NCBI GenBank assembly: GCA_964187785.1
Contig: OZ076409.1
Location: forward strand, 5,086,001 to 5,150,000
Length of the DNA stretch: 64,000 bases
Direction of reading: 5' to 3'
DNA from: Amphiscolops sp. MND2022
Taxonomy: Eukaryota
The notes under the pieces were generated by a model. That model made no database searches. It worked only from the letters and a program-made list of their open reading frames with translations, and was not told where the DNA came from. Positions 23,470 through 35,406 of this stretch are shown here, one piece after another (position 1 is the first letter of the stretch; each line of letters opens with the position of its first letter). Position numbers and translations under genes: made by a program.

Positions 23470-24497
23470 CCCGAACGACAAGAATTTGAGTCAGTACTAG
23501 GCAATATCAGAATCCCGAAACGGGGAGAAACCTAATTAGGAGTAGGAAAAAAATTGCAATTTATGAAATCGTACCATTTTCTCTCTCGACCTTCATATAA
23601 AAATTTCAATTTTCTCACACTATCCATAGAGTTTGAGCATTTACAACAATTAAAAAGAATTAGCACAGTCATTCTACACCCAAGTTGCTGCTTGTATGCA
23701 AGGCAAGATATGCGGTCGATACTTCTTCTTTAAACACCGATATGCAGTTCAACCCAGTTATGGGGTCACCGTTGTGCGGTCAGGCACTCAATCGACGTTA
23801 AAAAAACCTATCAGAGACATGCAAACAGTCTGTGGAGATTGATTCGAAGTATAACTACTCCAAAACGACTAAATTTTGCCGGCTAATAAGCCGCAGTTAT
23901 TTTTAAAACTACTTGGACCACATATCCAGTTGTTCCGAGTTCGAGGTACAAAAAACACGTATGTGTGAACTTACTCCGGAAGCACCCATGTGAAATCTCC
24001 ACATTGTTGGTATAGTCTCTCAATTTCTTAATTGTATTACGATCACTTGGAACCAGAGATAACGGTACAGATCAAAATGAAAGTTTCAAAAAGGAGACAA
24101 TATGTAGTACAAAGTGTTGAAAAGGAAGACAGTGTCACCTAGAAATACAAGTACTACTTCGTTTCCTACTACTTTTAATTTTGTATTGCTTTTTGATGCT
24201 TGTTCATCAGAGACATGCAAACAGTCTGTTGAGATTGATTCGAAGTAAAACTACTCCAAAATGACTAAATTTGCCGGCTATTAAGCCGCAGTTATTTTTA
24301 AAACTACTTGGACCCCATATCCAGTTCGTTAGACGTGTTGATAATTACCCGATCTGTTTATCGCAGGTTCAATTTTCTGAATTGCGTAGTTAACCAGTCA
24401 ACTTGTGTTACCTCATTCGATACAATTGTGATAATAAGTTAACAAAATAATAGACGAAATTGAATTTTGTCAACGAATTCGATTTCAATCTAGTTAG

Positions 24498-24646
24498 CTA
24501 TAACACAACAACGAGCATAAGTCCATCTTCGTTAATCTGTTCGGGGAGTGCGTTGTCTCCAAAAACCAACTCTGGGGTGTTTAAAAAAACTAGTAGCCCC
24601 ACCCCTAATTTAAGACACCCTTCTGACCTTCTTCTGACCACAGCCG
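24498..24646 (+). CDS. Possible host gene exon C' (phase 2 to 1, or terminal exon to the TGA at 24714)
   Basis: TCTAGTTAG acceptor, GTAATT donor. S/T/P-rich frame YNTTTSISPSSLICSGSALSPKTNSGVFKKTSSPTPNLRHPSDLLLTTA. Confidence 0.4.
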
Positions 24647-25813
24647 GTAATTTGGGAAGCTCTGAGTTTAAAGGCGGTCAACAGCGCCCCTGTTATTTTC
24701 AACATATCGCCTGAAGAGTTTGAGTCGATGTTCAGGAAGTACAGATCTCCCAGTACCTTTTCACAGGCTTTTTTCGTGCTACATCATGGAAGCTTTCTGG
24801 CTTTCAATGATGACTCACAACATTGACTCAACATGAACTCAAACTATCTTATCTTTACTTCCTGACTTTTCACGCTTGTTTTCATACCTTTTTGTTCAAA
24901 CTGTTAATCGTACTGGTGACTCAATAAACGAAATATAAGACGTTTCTTATACTGGCTATGAAATGTAGTGCCTCTGAGAGGGTCAGAAACAACCAGAAAT
25001 TTCTATCCAACGATTTTATCCATCAGTTGACACTATTGTGCCAATTTTGGTTCCCCGAAATTGACAATGAATCAGTGTCGAAAGCATTGAATCAGAAACA
25101 GCGGAATGTTCTATGCTCTGTCAAACCTTGGTTCTTCTACCTCAAATGCGATGTTTGCTCAGAAGCCAAACAAGGAACTTTAAAAGATCTCAAGATGAAG
25201 TTCGAGCAATTTCAAAATTCTCAAAAATGATTGCTCATTATTATTCCATTTACTATTTCCAATATTTATTGATTTACATTTTCTAACTTTCATGCTCACT
25301 TTTCTTCTCAAGTTAAATTTATATGGTTCTTAATTTTTTTCAATAGTTAAAGCAATTAAAGCAACAATAGATATAAACAAGGTCATCAACTTGATTACTA
25401 CCCATTGCTTCTTTGAAAATCAGTTTCAATTCTGAGTTCTCCAGTACAATATATTTTGTATTTATATTTTCACAGCCCTGCATGGTATAATGAGGAAATG
25501 GGGAACATCACTTTCTTTCTTCCAATATTCATTCAACTTTCATTCGCTCAATTTTCAACAACTTTCCTTCATCTCAGTTTGAACATGCAGTCCTTTCAAG
25601 CTTTCATTGCGGCTTATGAGCTAATATTTGCTTCATTATATGCTGCATGTTCACAGTGTGCTTCAGTTCAGCTAACAGTTAGCTAGTTAATACGGCTAGT
25701 TAGCTAATGTGAAGCGCTAATGTCCACCGAATGAGGAACTGATCGCTGATTGGTCAACGAATTGTGTTTGAAACGCAGGTTGCAGCGAAAAGTCATCAGA
25801 TATAATTTGATAT

Positions 25814-26509
25814 CATTTGATAATTTAAATGTGGGGTGAAATGAACGTGGGGTGAAATGAACCTGGGGTGAAATGAACGTGGGGTGAAATGAACCTGGGG
25901 TGAAATGAACGTGGGGTGAAATGATACTAAACCGAAAAATCGCCTATTCCGCTTCCGCTTATCTCTTATTAGGAGAAAAAATGTCAGAATATTCAACTCC
26001 AAAATCTCATTCACTTTGAGAAACATGAGGTTTTCCAACATTTTACTCCCAAGGCGATTCCGTTTCTCGGCTTCGTTTCACACGTGCAAAACAATTTGAA
26101 ATTTCTTTTGTTTAAAATACATTGGAGACGTTTTGTTATTACGATAATTACGTACAAGTATTTTTCATTTCCGAAGCCGCTTATTTTTTGCTCATTGGAA
26201 TTTAATTGCCGCTTATACTGCTATTGCTTATTTGTTGCCCGCTTACACTTATTTTACCCGCTTACGCTTATAGCGGTTCATTCACTGCCCGAACGGCAAG
26301 AATTTGAGTCAGTACTAGGCAATATCAGAATCCCGAAACGGGGAGAAACCTAATTAGGAGTAGGAAAAAAATTGCAATTTATGAAATCGTACCATTTTCT
26401 CTCTCGACCTTCATATAAAAATTTCAATTTTCTCACACTATCCATAGAGTTTGAGCATTTACAACAATTAAAAAGAATTAGCACAGTCATTCTACACCCA
26501 AGTTGCTGC
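25814..26509 (+). repeat. Near-identical dispersed duplicate of 23012-23690
   Basis: Same sequence from CATTTGATAATTTAAATGT to CTACACCCAAGTTGCTGC, differing mainly by one extra 16-bp repeat unit. Confidence 0.9.
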
Positions 26510-26534
26510 GTGTGTGTGTGTGTGTGTGTGGAAT

Positions 26535-29500
26535 TTAGTTAGCGCCCAAAAGTGTTCTTTTGGCAAGCGCTATCGACAAGGCGGGGTCTTCAGACAGGAG
26601 TTCTAGGCGGGGTTCTGTTGTGCCGAAAAGTTCTTGGCGGCACGCTGCTGTAGATTGGCAGTTCATCCAGTGCTCCAAAGTTTGTGGCTCTTCTTGACAT
26701 TTGGGGCAGTTGGGATCTACGTTTTCATTCATGAGGTGGGAATAGGCTTTCAAATGGCGGCAGTGTCCAGCTCTTAATTGTGCAAGCAAGGTGGCGTCTT
26801 TTCGGTTGTCTATTTGTTCTTCATCTCTTTTTTCCGAGTATCCAGCGTAGGTCCGTTTTGTTCGGTGGTGCGACGGAGCGGGATCCCTGAAGGACCGTTT
26901 GATACATGATAGGGCGGCTTTCAGGCTGGTACTTTCGGGTTGTTCTGTTGTGAGTTTAGAACCGTTTTTTGCTTCTTCGTCAGCTATTTCATTTCCCTTC
27001 AGCTCGGAGTGTCCTGGTACCCACTGGGCCCAGATCGTTTTTTCGCTTCTGTCCAAAAATTTCCTCAGTTCTTCGGTATCTCGGGTTTGTGAGTTCAGGG
27101 CTGTGCAGAGGGATTGGCTGTCTGTGCAAATGAGTATTTCTTTATCGTAGGGGTGGTGTTTTTCCAGGATTTCTAGGCACGACAGGAGGGCTGCCTTTTC
27201 TTCGTCGTAGGATGAAGTGATGATCCTGCCTCTTTTCCTGATTATCCTGATAACTTCTGGGTTGGAGGCACTACCTCTGGTGAAAATGGCTGCGTACCCT
27301 CCGTCTGTTGTGCCGGCAATGGCTGATCCATCTGTGTAGATAGTTAAGTTGCAATTGAACGAGTCAAGGTGAGATATAACTTCATTTAGAGTTACGTCTT
27401 TGTTTCGCCCGTTGACTGTGACGTTGGTGTGCCAATTGCTGGAGCTCAGCCATGGCGGGTGGTTCACTTGCACTGTTTGTCTTGGGTTCAGTATGGCTGT
27501 TGGAAGGGTTTTGTTGAGTTCCTCTGATTGCCTTCGCCAGCTGCTTCTTTTAAGTCTGTTTGGTGCTGGCCTGTACAGAATTTGGGTGCGTGGATGATCA
27601 GGTGGGTTTCTTGATGCTTTTTGGTATGATGAAGCTATGAGTCGGTTGCTGTGAGTGCGGTAGCTACTTATGCCACTTTCTATCTGCAGTGCCTCGATTG
27701 CAGTGGAGCTGCACTGTCCAGTTATGGCGCGGAGAGCTTTGTTCTGTGACCGCTCCAGTTTATCGAATTGTGTTTGACTCAGGTTAGGTTGCCATGCTGG
27801 TGCTGCGTAATCTAGGACACTTCTCTGGGTGGCAATGTATATTTTCCGAAGTGTCTTTTTCTGCCAACCCCAGTCACGGGTTGCTACAGCGCGTATTAAG
27901 TTCGTGCGTTTGGATACCTTTTGGGAGATTTCCTCAGCGTGGGGTGCGAAGGTGAGACCCCTGTCCATTTTAATCCCTAGGAACTTTGGAGTGGGGTTGA
28001 AGGGCATGACCTCATCATTCAGTCTCAATGTAGGTTTCCATCTGGCTTCAGTGGTCCCGGAGGCAAAGAAGGTGACTTCGCATTTTGTTTGATTTAGGCT
28101 GAGCTTGAATTTTCTGCTCCATTCTGCCACGTGATCGATGGCTTTCTGGACTCTCTCTACGGCTTTTTCTTTGTTGTTGTCACATGACCATACTGAGAGG
28201 TCATCTACGAAAAGGGCGTGTTCCGCGGGTAGGTTTTTCGTTACTTCGTCAATAAAAAGGAGAAACAGAAGGGGGGCTAGCACAGATCCTTTGGGAACGC
28301 CCTGTTTTATTTTGTGACTTCTACTCATTGCTGAACCATATAACACTCTGGCTTGGCGGTTATTCAAGAAAGCGGCAATCCATCTGATGAATTTTGCTGG
28401 GATTCCTTTCTCTGATAGTATGATCAGTAGTCTCTCTCTCCATACTGTATCAAAGGCTTTTGAATAATCGAAGAGAGCCATGACTGTTCTCTTTGGCTTT
28501 TTTTCTTGAAAACCATCGTCAATGGCTTGGGTCAGACGTGTTCTTAGGTCTTCGCAGCATCGGTTTTTCCTGCCTCCGCACTGTGCATTGCTCAAGAGTC
28601 CGTTTGTTTCGACGATGTGGATGAGTCTGGTGGCAATCATTCTCTCCAATAATTTGACTAAGCATGAAGTGAGGCTGATAGGTCTGTATGAGGAAATTTC
28701 AGATGCTGGTTTGCCCGTTTTTAGCAGGGGAATGATTGTGGCATTCTTCCATTCTTGTGGGCATACTCCTTGGTCCCAGGAAAGGTTGAACAGCGCTAAC
28801 AGTTCTTCTCTTGCTTTCGGGCCAAAGGCTTTTATGAACGCGGGTGTTATTTCGTCGGGACCAGCTGCTCCATTTTTCCTCATGCTTCTGATCGCTTTGT
28901 TGAGTTCACTGGCTGAGAAGCTTTGTGTGCTGCTGTTGTCTACCGATGGGGCGTTCACGATCTTTTTTGAGAGTCTGTTTTCGTTACGTTCTTCCTTGTT
29001 AAAGGTCAATTTGCTCTGACGGGCATAATAAGCTGCGAAGGCGTCCGCTTTTTTGATGTTGCTGTGGAGGACGCGTTTGTTGACTGTCAGGGCCTCGTTT
29101 GGTTGTGAAGGTGGTGTTGTGTTGCCGATAGAATGGAAGACACGCCAAAGCTTGCTGGGGTCAGTGCTGAACTCCGTTTCTTCAATAAAAGATCTCCAGC
29201 TGCGTTGTCTTTCCGTCTCAATTTCTTGACGTACCTTTTTGCATGTTTCAATCCATTCTTGGCGGTGCGTGCGTACCATCCTTCTTAGCTTGTTCCGCTG
29301 TTTGATTAGAGTTTTGATAGCCGGAGTTAAGTAGCTCTTTGTTTTCTTGCCTGGTTTTGTTCGGGGGACCGTTTGTTTTGCTGCGCTGATGACCGCCTCT
29401 TGGAAGTTCTTGATTCTCTTGATGGTGTTGTTTTCTGTACTATCTACTTTTTCTTCTAACAGTTCGCTAAAGGCAGATAGGTCAGCGTTTTTCTTCCATC

Positions 29501-30202
29501 TCGGTTGTCTCTCAAGGGGCTTCATTTTTTTGCATTTACAGAGGAGTGTGGTTGTTGACGGCAAGTGGTCTGAGCCACCTATGTCTTCGTTTGTGGTCCA
29601 CTGTATCCTGTTCAACCACTGCGATGGCACCAGGAAGACGTCTGGCGTGCTCTCATTGCCGGTGGCTCGGTTGATTCTGGTTGCTGAGCCATCGTTGGCG
29701 CAGTATAAGTTGCTGTCCGATAGCCACTCTTCTATCCGTTCTCCTCTGCTATCTGGAAATTGCTTTGGGTCCCACAAGGCTGAATGGCCATTCATATCAC
29801 CAGCGATGAAACAGGATCTTGATGCTGGGATTTGATCCGTGTAGATGACTTCTTCACCATTGTCGCGGTTTGGGGCCATGTAGACGTTGCTAATTGTGAG
29901 CCATTTTCTCTTGTCAATTCGGACTCTGAAGGAGATTGACTCAACAATACCAACAGTTTGTTTTCCCTTCGGTATCTCCGAGTATGGGATGCTGTGCTTG
30001 ATTAAGCAGAGTAGTCCACCGCCATCCCCGTCTCTATCGTACCTAATGGGAGCGTAGCCTTCGAAAGTGGGCGTTTTGTTCTTTTGCTTGTACTTTGTTT
30101 CTTGAATCAGTGCTATATCGATTTGTTCTTTTTTCAGCCTCTCGTTAAGCTCAGGCCATTTAGTAGACAAGCCGTCAGCGTTCCATTGGAGGATCTTTAA
30201 TG
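26535..30202 (-). CDS. LINE polyprotein: APE endonuclease, reverse transcriptase, RNase H, C-terminal zinc knuckle
   Basis: LKILQWNADG, IQETK, GDMNGH, TPDV, GSDHLP (APE). YRPISLTS, DYSKAFD, GVPKGS, LFVDD, KFLG (RT). YTDGS, CTDSQS, WVPGHSELKGNEIAD (RNase H). CPKC...EHWMNC. Confidence 0.95.
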
Positions 30203-31067
30203 AGCTTTGACTTCTCCTTGGAAAGGTTGACTTGATTCGATGGCATCATCCAAGGTTGAGGTTGTGGATGGAACGGGGGCTGCAGGTGATGAGCACTTGT
30301 CGCACTTCCATTCTTGTAGGCAGCAGAGGATTTCGATCTCGTCCCTGGTGTGACCCGACCTTGTGAGGCAAGACTTGTGGAAGGCGCCATCGCAGGAGGA
30401 GCATACCAGAGGGGCTGTATTTTTTGCAATGGTCCTCTTGCATATGCTGCAGCTAGTGCGAACTTTTTTAGTTTCTGTTCGTCGCTGCAGTGAGGCAACC
30501 GTTCTCCCTGCGATTGTGAGTTTTGCGCTGGTTGAATGGGTTGGGCACATCCACTGTTCTTTACTGTATCTGCTGATTGTGCTGCAGTCTTGTTTCTTGT
30601 GGCAAGTTTGTTTGCAACTTTTGGCAGTGCATTGAAGGGCCGGCGTGCCTACTCTCAGGGGTTCGTTGCAGACTGAGCATTTGTCCCCTCTTTTCGATAG
30701 GTACGTTGGGTCCGGGTCCTCCGGGTGTTCTCCATGTGCGTGGCATGTCCATTCTTGTGACCTGCTGTACCGCGAGAGACCACTGCATTTTTGTTGCTTG
30801 TGCGTGATGTTTCTGCAGAGCTTGCACTTGAAGTGTGGACGGTCTTCGCCAATTGGTTTTTTACATTTGTGGCACTCTGGGCCAGGGTTTAGTTCAATGT
30901 CTCCGGCCAGTACTAATAAGAGGGGAGCGTAGGCCGGTTTGGCACTCCCCTTCTTCAAAAACCCCGTTTGGTGCCAGTGTGAAGGTGAGCCTTGTCGATT
31001 TCCACTGCTTGGCGTGTTCGTCTCCTTTTTGGGGAGTCTCTTGGTCGCCACGTTGAGGCCACGCCAT
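30197..31067 (-). CDS. LINE N-terminal region: 2A-like StopGo peptide and three PHD-like fingers, out of frame with the APE-RT
   Basis: LLLVLAGDIELNPGP (DIELNPGP at 30878-30901), then CHKC..CKLC..H..C..W.CHAH, CSVC..C....C..H..C..W.CPTH and CSIC..CSSC...FHKSC..W.CDKC. Confidence 0.8.
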
Positions 31068-31076
31068 TTGACCAAG
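31010..31076 (-). ncRNA. HDV-like self-cleaving ribozyme (L1Tc/Ingi Pr77-type)
   Basis: P1 CTTGGTC/GACCAAG, P2 TGGCGTG/CACGCCA, P3 GCC/GGC with loop TCAACGT, P4 CTCC/GGAG, J4/2 ACGAA. Its first base is the TSD-defined 5' end of the LINE. Confidence 0.85.
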
Positions 31077-31396
31077 CCAAGTTGCTGCTGCATGGGCCAT
31101 GACATCAAAATCGTGTGACTGGGATCTGAGAAAGATTGCCAAAATTAGCCCAAAATGACCAAAAACTGCCAGTTCTGTACTTTTTAGATTTTCTCGAAAA
31201 CTGTCCATGCGATTCGATTTTAATTTGTTTTTCATAATTTTAATCTGTTTCTGACTCCTTTACCGCACATGCGGTAATGCATGTCAAGTTAAGAATCGCA
31301 TCAGACTGAAATGTGGAGCCGCGGATGTCACAGTTTGGTGTTGTTACATTTGGTACTGTATACCAAACTGTAATGCTTTGATGTTTTTGTGTTTTT

Positions 31397-31858
31397 AGTC
31401 GGCGTCTTTTCCCTTAGGGAAAAATGCCCGACTATTACAGTGGGTAGTTTTTTCAGCTGACTATCTCACTCCGAATGGTCCACTTTTCTTACAATTCTTA
31501 CAATCTTACAATTTCTTACAATTCTTACTTAGCTTACGAAGTAGTATTTTTAAATCATCTAAGAAGCTCAACAGGGGCAAAGGGTACTCCCTTAGAGTGT
31601 TTTCGGCTCTGTGTGACTTTTTTTGCGAAAAAAAAAGTTTTCACTGAAGGGTCCCCCTTCTATTTTTGATATTTTCCGACAGAAGGGATGTTGAAAAATC
31701 CCAAAGGGTCCCCCTTTCAGTTTTTTCGGCACTGAGACTTTTTTCAAAAATTGTTTTTTATAAAAAGGTCCCCAATTCATCAATACTTTGACATTTTGAA
31801 GTCCTTTTGCTATTTTTGAGCCTTAGATATGGCGCCGACTTGGGCCGGTCCCGGCTTG
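31397..31858 (+). mobile_element. HINE/DINE-1-like family 1 element
   Basis: TTTT-AGTCGGCG...CCCGACT 5' hairpin. 3' GCGCCGACT sub-TIR, stem-loop GCCGG-TC-CCGGC, then TTG-TTTT. Confidence 0.72.
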
Positions 31859-32135
31859 TTTTTTCTGATGATGAGGATCGCCTCGAAATGCATTTATGAT
31901 CTGATCTTATTTACGTTTATCATTTCAAGTTTACTTTTTTTCAAAATGGAAAATTAACTTTGGAATTTTTCAAAAATGGAGAGTTCGTAGTTACGCAGTG
32001 TAATGGGAACTTGATGTGTAAAGAGTTCTGAATTTCTTTTGAAACAGGTAATAATAAAAATAATACAATTGATGCAAATCTCTCTCTCTATCGTTGTTCA
32101 TTTTGTTCTGAAATGAGTTTGTTCCGCCGTTTCAG

Positions 32136-32209
32136 CATGCATTCGAAACCGACTCAATCAGTTGCCAATGGAAGTCTCGATCCTCTGGACTCCTCGCGCT
32201 TCAAACCAG
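32136..32209 (+). CDS. Host gene internal exon C (phase 2 to 1)
   Basis: CCGTTTCAG acceptor, CAG/GTGAAC donor. Reads MHSKPTQSVANGSLDPLDSSRFKP; phases fit exons B and D. Confidence 0.55.
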
Positions 32210-32235
32210 GTGAACGCCTTGTAATTCATCATCTA

Positions 32236-32397
32236 CAGTAAACCCTCGATTATCCGCCACCATCGGTCCAGCGCGAATTATGGCGGATAGGTGAGAGTGG
32301 CGGTTAACCAAGGGAGCTTAGACACGGGTGTTATAGCAGATGTCCCCGTAGATTTGTGGCGGTTGACCAAAGGTGGCAGATAGTCGAGGGTTTACTG
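32236..32397. mobile_element. pogo/Tc1-type MITE (second copy)
   Basis: CAGTAAACCCTCGA TIRs, TA TSD, homologous to 20782-20944. Confidence 0.88.
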
Positions 32398-32418
32398 TAC
32401 TTAATTGCCTATCACAAC

Positions 32419-32778
32419 CAGAGTTTTGACACTGCTAATCAGCGATTTAGCTAACTAGAGGCCGCGAAGAATTTTTTCAGCGATTCGATTAGCGATACAA
32501 ATTAGTGGCAAATAATAGGTTGTCCAAATTCAAAAATGCCTCGGAAAATACACGGGGTTTCAAAATTAATTTTGAAAAATGCCAACTCTTACCCTTTTAA
32601 AACCCACACAGTATGAAAAATGTTAGTCTTTTGTCTGGCAAAAATTGAATTGGGTTATCGTTTATGTTCGAAACATTCTTGAATTCAAATATTTATAGTT
32701 TGGAAAAAACTTTTTCAGCGAAATAGCGAATTTGAAATTTGAGATTATCGAAAAATTAGTAGCGATGTCAAAACTCTG
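32419..32778. mobile_element. hAT-type MITE
   Basis: TIR CAGAGTTTTGACA / TGTCAAAACTCTG, degenerate TSD ATCACAAC/GTAACAAC, same family as 38228-38589. Confidence 0.8.
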
Positions 32779-33194
32779 GTAACAACTTGACAATTGATAA
32801 TTCTTCTCAATGTTTCTGCGCCAGCTTGAAAATTATTGTGGAACCGCCGAGGCCACTTTCTGCTAATTTTGTTTGTTCACTGAAATAGCCTTTGGCAATT
32901 TCTTGGAAATAGGCGATCGTATATAGCCTTTCGATGACGAAGATGCAAAATAGCATATACTTTATGTGTGGCATTATATTTTAGTCAAGTTTTTTCATTT
33001 ATTCAAGTAGCGAAGGTTTGTTCTAAGATTTGAATATTTTCAGTGAAACTCATTATTCTCCGCCCACATATAACGGGCGAGGAAAATCATAATCTGTATT
33101 GCATTTTTTTCCCAAATTCTGCCAAATCTCCACCCAGTTTCTCCATCGACTTCACTTATAGTTACTTGACTATTTTAGTTACTTGACTATCTTA

Positions 33195-33276
33195 GTTACT
33201 ATGGCTCAGTTGGTAATCCATCCGCCTCTCAGGCAGTAGTTTATGGGTTCGAATCTCGCCTTCGCCAGACTTTTTT
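33195..33276 (+). repeat. tRNA-derived Pol III-like segment (SINE head or pseudo-tRNA)
   Basis: A box TGGCTCAGTTGG (33202), B box GGTTCGAATCTC (33246), T6 run. No convincing cloverleaf. Confidence 0.5.
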
Positions 33277-33527
33277 GAGAAGGCGGGAAAATATCCCGGT
33301 GCTTAGCGGGCGTCTTGGATTGTATTGTTGAATTTGAAGGTTCATGTCTGCAACATTTTATAATGGGTTTTATCCCAAAGCAATCGTAGGAATGAAATAC
33401 TAATTGGAAAGGAAGGGGGTCGAATTGCTTTTCGAGGTGCTTTCTGTGTTTGCTAGAGTTTTAGTTTCTGTTAGTTGTGCAAAATTTATGGCACTAGTGA
33501 TGTTTTCGTTGATCAGTTAATCATGAT

Positions 33528-34821
33528 CAGGGTTGGAAAAAAGCTTTTTATTGAAAAACAAGCCGAGAACGGCCAAAGTCGGCGCTATATCTAAGGCTCG
33601 AAATTGTGAAAGGGGGGACCCTTCGGGCTTTGTGAAACTCCAGCTGGTTGCAAAATATGAAAAAAAATTTCCGAAAAAAATTTTAAAATGAGATTTTTGA
33701 ACAGTGTCACAGTGCCGAAAATTGTAAAAGGGGGGACCCTTTGGGATTTTTTGACATCCATTGTGTTGCAAAATGTCGAAACAAATGAAGGGGGACCCTT
33801 TGGTGCAATCCAAAAAGTTTCAAAAAAGTCGCATAGTGCCGACAAAAAGTGGGGCTATGGGGGGATCCTTAGTGTGATTTCGAGGTTCTGGACGTCTGTT
33901 TTGTTTCTTCTTTTCGTTTTGGACGCGCCTTTGAGGTTCGAGTTGTTGAGGTTTGACGTTGTTGAACAAATGAACAAAAAAGTGGACCTTACGCGTCTAA
34001 AAAAACTACCCACTGTAAAATTCGGCCACATTTTCTACTTGAAATACGTTTTATACGTTGAAAACCAAACATAGTTTTTTTTCAAAAGCTTTACATTATT
34101 TCACAGAGACGAAATGCCAGTTTCGAAACTTTTTCAATCCCGAGTCTGTTCTTAAGATCAGAATGAACAAAACCCATGGTTGAAAATACTCGCTCTAGAT
34201 CACCGCTACTGGGCGCCATGGCCAGTAGATCGAGCGCGAACTCCATGAGAAGTGTGGGATAGGCTCCGAAAATATTCTGGGATTTGATGAAATTGACAAT
34301 CTTTACATTGGGCGCCCTCTCAAATGATCTGTGAATATCTTCTTTTGAAAAACAAAAAAAAACATTGTTGAAAGAGTAGTTAGTTTCCCCATTACCGCGG
34401 GCTGGACGCCGAATAAGCAGTTCTGCTTTTCTAAGTCGGCGACCTTTCGGATACTATCTCCCCATAGCAAGCTATGGTACCATATTTGCAGGTCAAGTAA
34501 TGGTGGAGTTGAAGCTGTGGTTTCAAAGTGACTTGCTCGAGGTTACAAAGGTCTTGCTGCTCGCCGTTGCTCTTTTTTTTTAGCTTTTTTCCGCCAAATG
34601 CGTTATTTTTTGTCACTGACCATACCACTAAGCTAGGGATGAAGGACTTGCTTAAAGACCAACAATGGTAAGTTGATTGAGATTCGAACCTGATACCGCC
34701 CCAGTACAGGCCGAATGCTCTAACCACTACGCCATGGCTCCCCTGAGAGAAAGAATAATGAAACTGATCAAAAACACTGCTCTTTTTCAACATTTTTTCG
34801 TTCTGTTTTCAGCCAACCCTG
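33528..34821. mobile_element. hAT-type non-autonomous element holding a family 1 HINE (~33559-34050) and a tRNA-derived SINE
   Basis: TIR CAGGGTTGG / CCAACCCTG, perfect 8-bp TSD ATCATGAT. Confidence 0.85.
34570..34743 (-). mobile_element. tRNA-derived SINE (3' end uncertain)
   Basis: GGGGAGCCATGGCGTAGTGGTTAGAGC (A box) ... GGTTCGAATC (B box), then GTCTTTAAGCAAGTCCTTCATCCC, resembling the conserved post-tRNA block of many animal SINEs. Confidence 0.65.
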
Positions 34822-34848
34822 ATCATGATCGTCAATTTTTCTATTTAG

Positions 34849-35120
34849 ATCGTCCGACTTCGAAGACAAATCTTATATCATCAAACCCTTCAATGCAATA
34901 CAGACCCTCTCCTGTGGAAGACATTCTATCGGCAGCTCACCCATTGGACAGGGGTCTCCTTACGAAGCCACCTTTGCCACCCCTGGAAGATTCCATTGCG
35001 CGGGGTATCAACAACCGAAATTACAACAACAATAATGATTTCTCCAATGGGCTCGGCTCTCTGCACAGAAACAAGGCCAATTCGTTGAATGCGTTGGATA
35101 ATTCCTCGGGCGGGTTTCAG
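34849..35120 (+). CDS. Host gene internal exon D (phase 1 to 0)
   Basis: TTTTCTATTTAG acceptor, CAG/GT donor. Reads RPTSKTNLISSNPSMQYRPSPVEDILSAAHPLDRGLLTKPPLPPLEDS...SSGGFQ. Confidence 0.65.
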
Positions 35121-35406
35121 GTTCAAAAAATGTTTATTTAGTCGCATTAAAAAAGTCGCATAGTGCATAGGAGGGGGCGTGCCGGTAAAGATAAATTTTA
35201 AAAACCACAAAAGGTCAGGTGTCAAAACGTTGCAAGCTGCAGAGCCTCGTTACAGTGTCAGTAACGGTCCCATAAAAAATTAAATTCTGAAAACATCGGC
35301 AAGTGGACCATGATTTATAAACTAGGTCTTCGAATCTCAATTTTATTAATCGTCCAAAGAAACGAAAAAGAGCTTGATTCTAGGATCAGTTGCACCCGAG
35401 AGATTG

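Larger units (their letters stand above)
26510..31076 (-). mobile_element. Full-length Ingi-like (I-group) LINE
   Basis: 12-bp TSD CCAAGTTGCTGC (26498-26509 and 31077-31088), (CA)n 3' tail directly after the stop, 5' HDV-like ribozyme, and 2A, PHD, APE, RT, RNase H, CCHC domain order. Confidence 0.93.

Noticed and set aside
23810..24326. ~120-bp direct repeat (23810-23930 and 24206-24326) as the LTRs of a tiny element
   Set aside because: No TG...CA ends, PBS, PPT or TSD were found.
26899..29835. Plus-strand ORFs of 65-165 aa
   Set aside because: Antisense shadows of the LINE polyprotein.
31077..31235. ORF-track starts at 31108 and 31235 for the LINE N-terminal ORFs
   Set aside because: They lie outside the TSD-defined element, in the flanking HINE.
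33195..34743. Possible functional tRNA genes at ~33200 and ~34740
   Set aside because: A and B boxes are present but acceptor and anticodon stems do not pair convincingly; treated as SINE-like or pseudo-tRNA.
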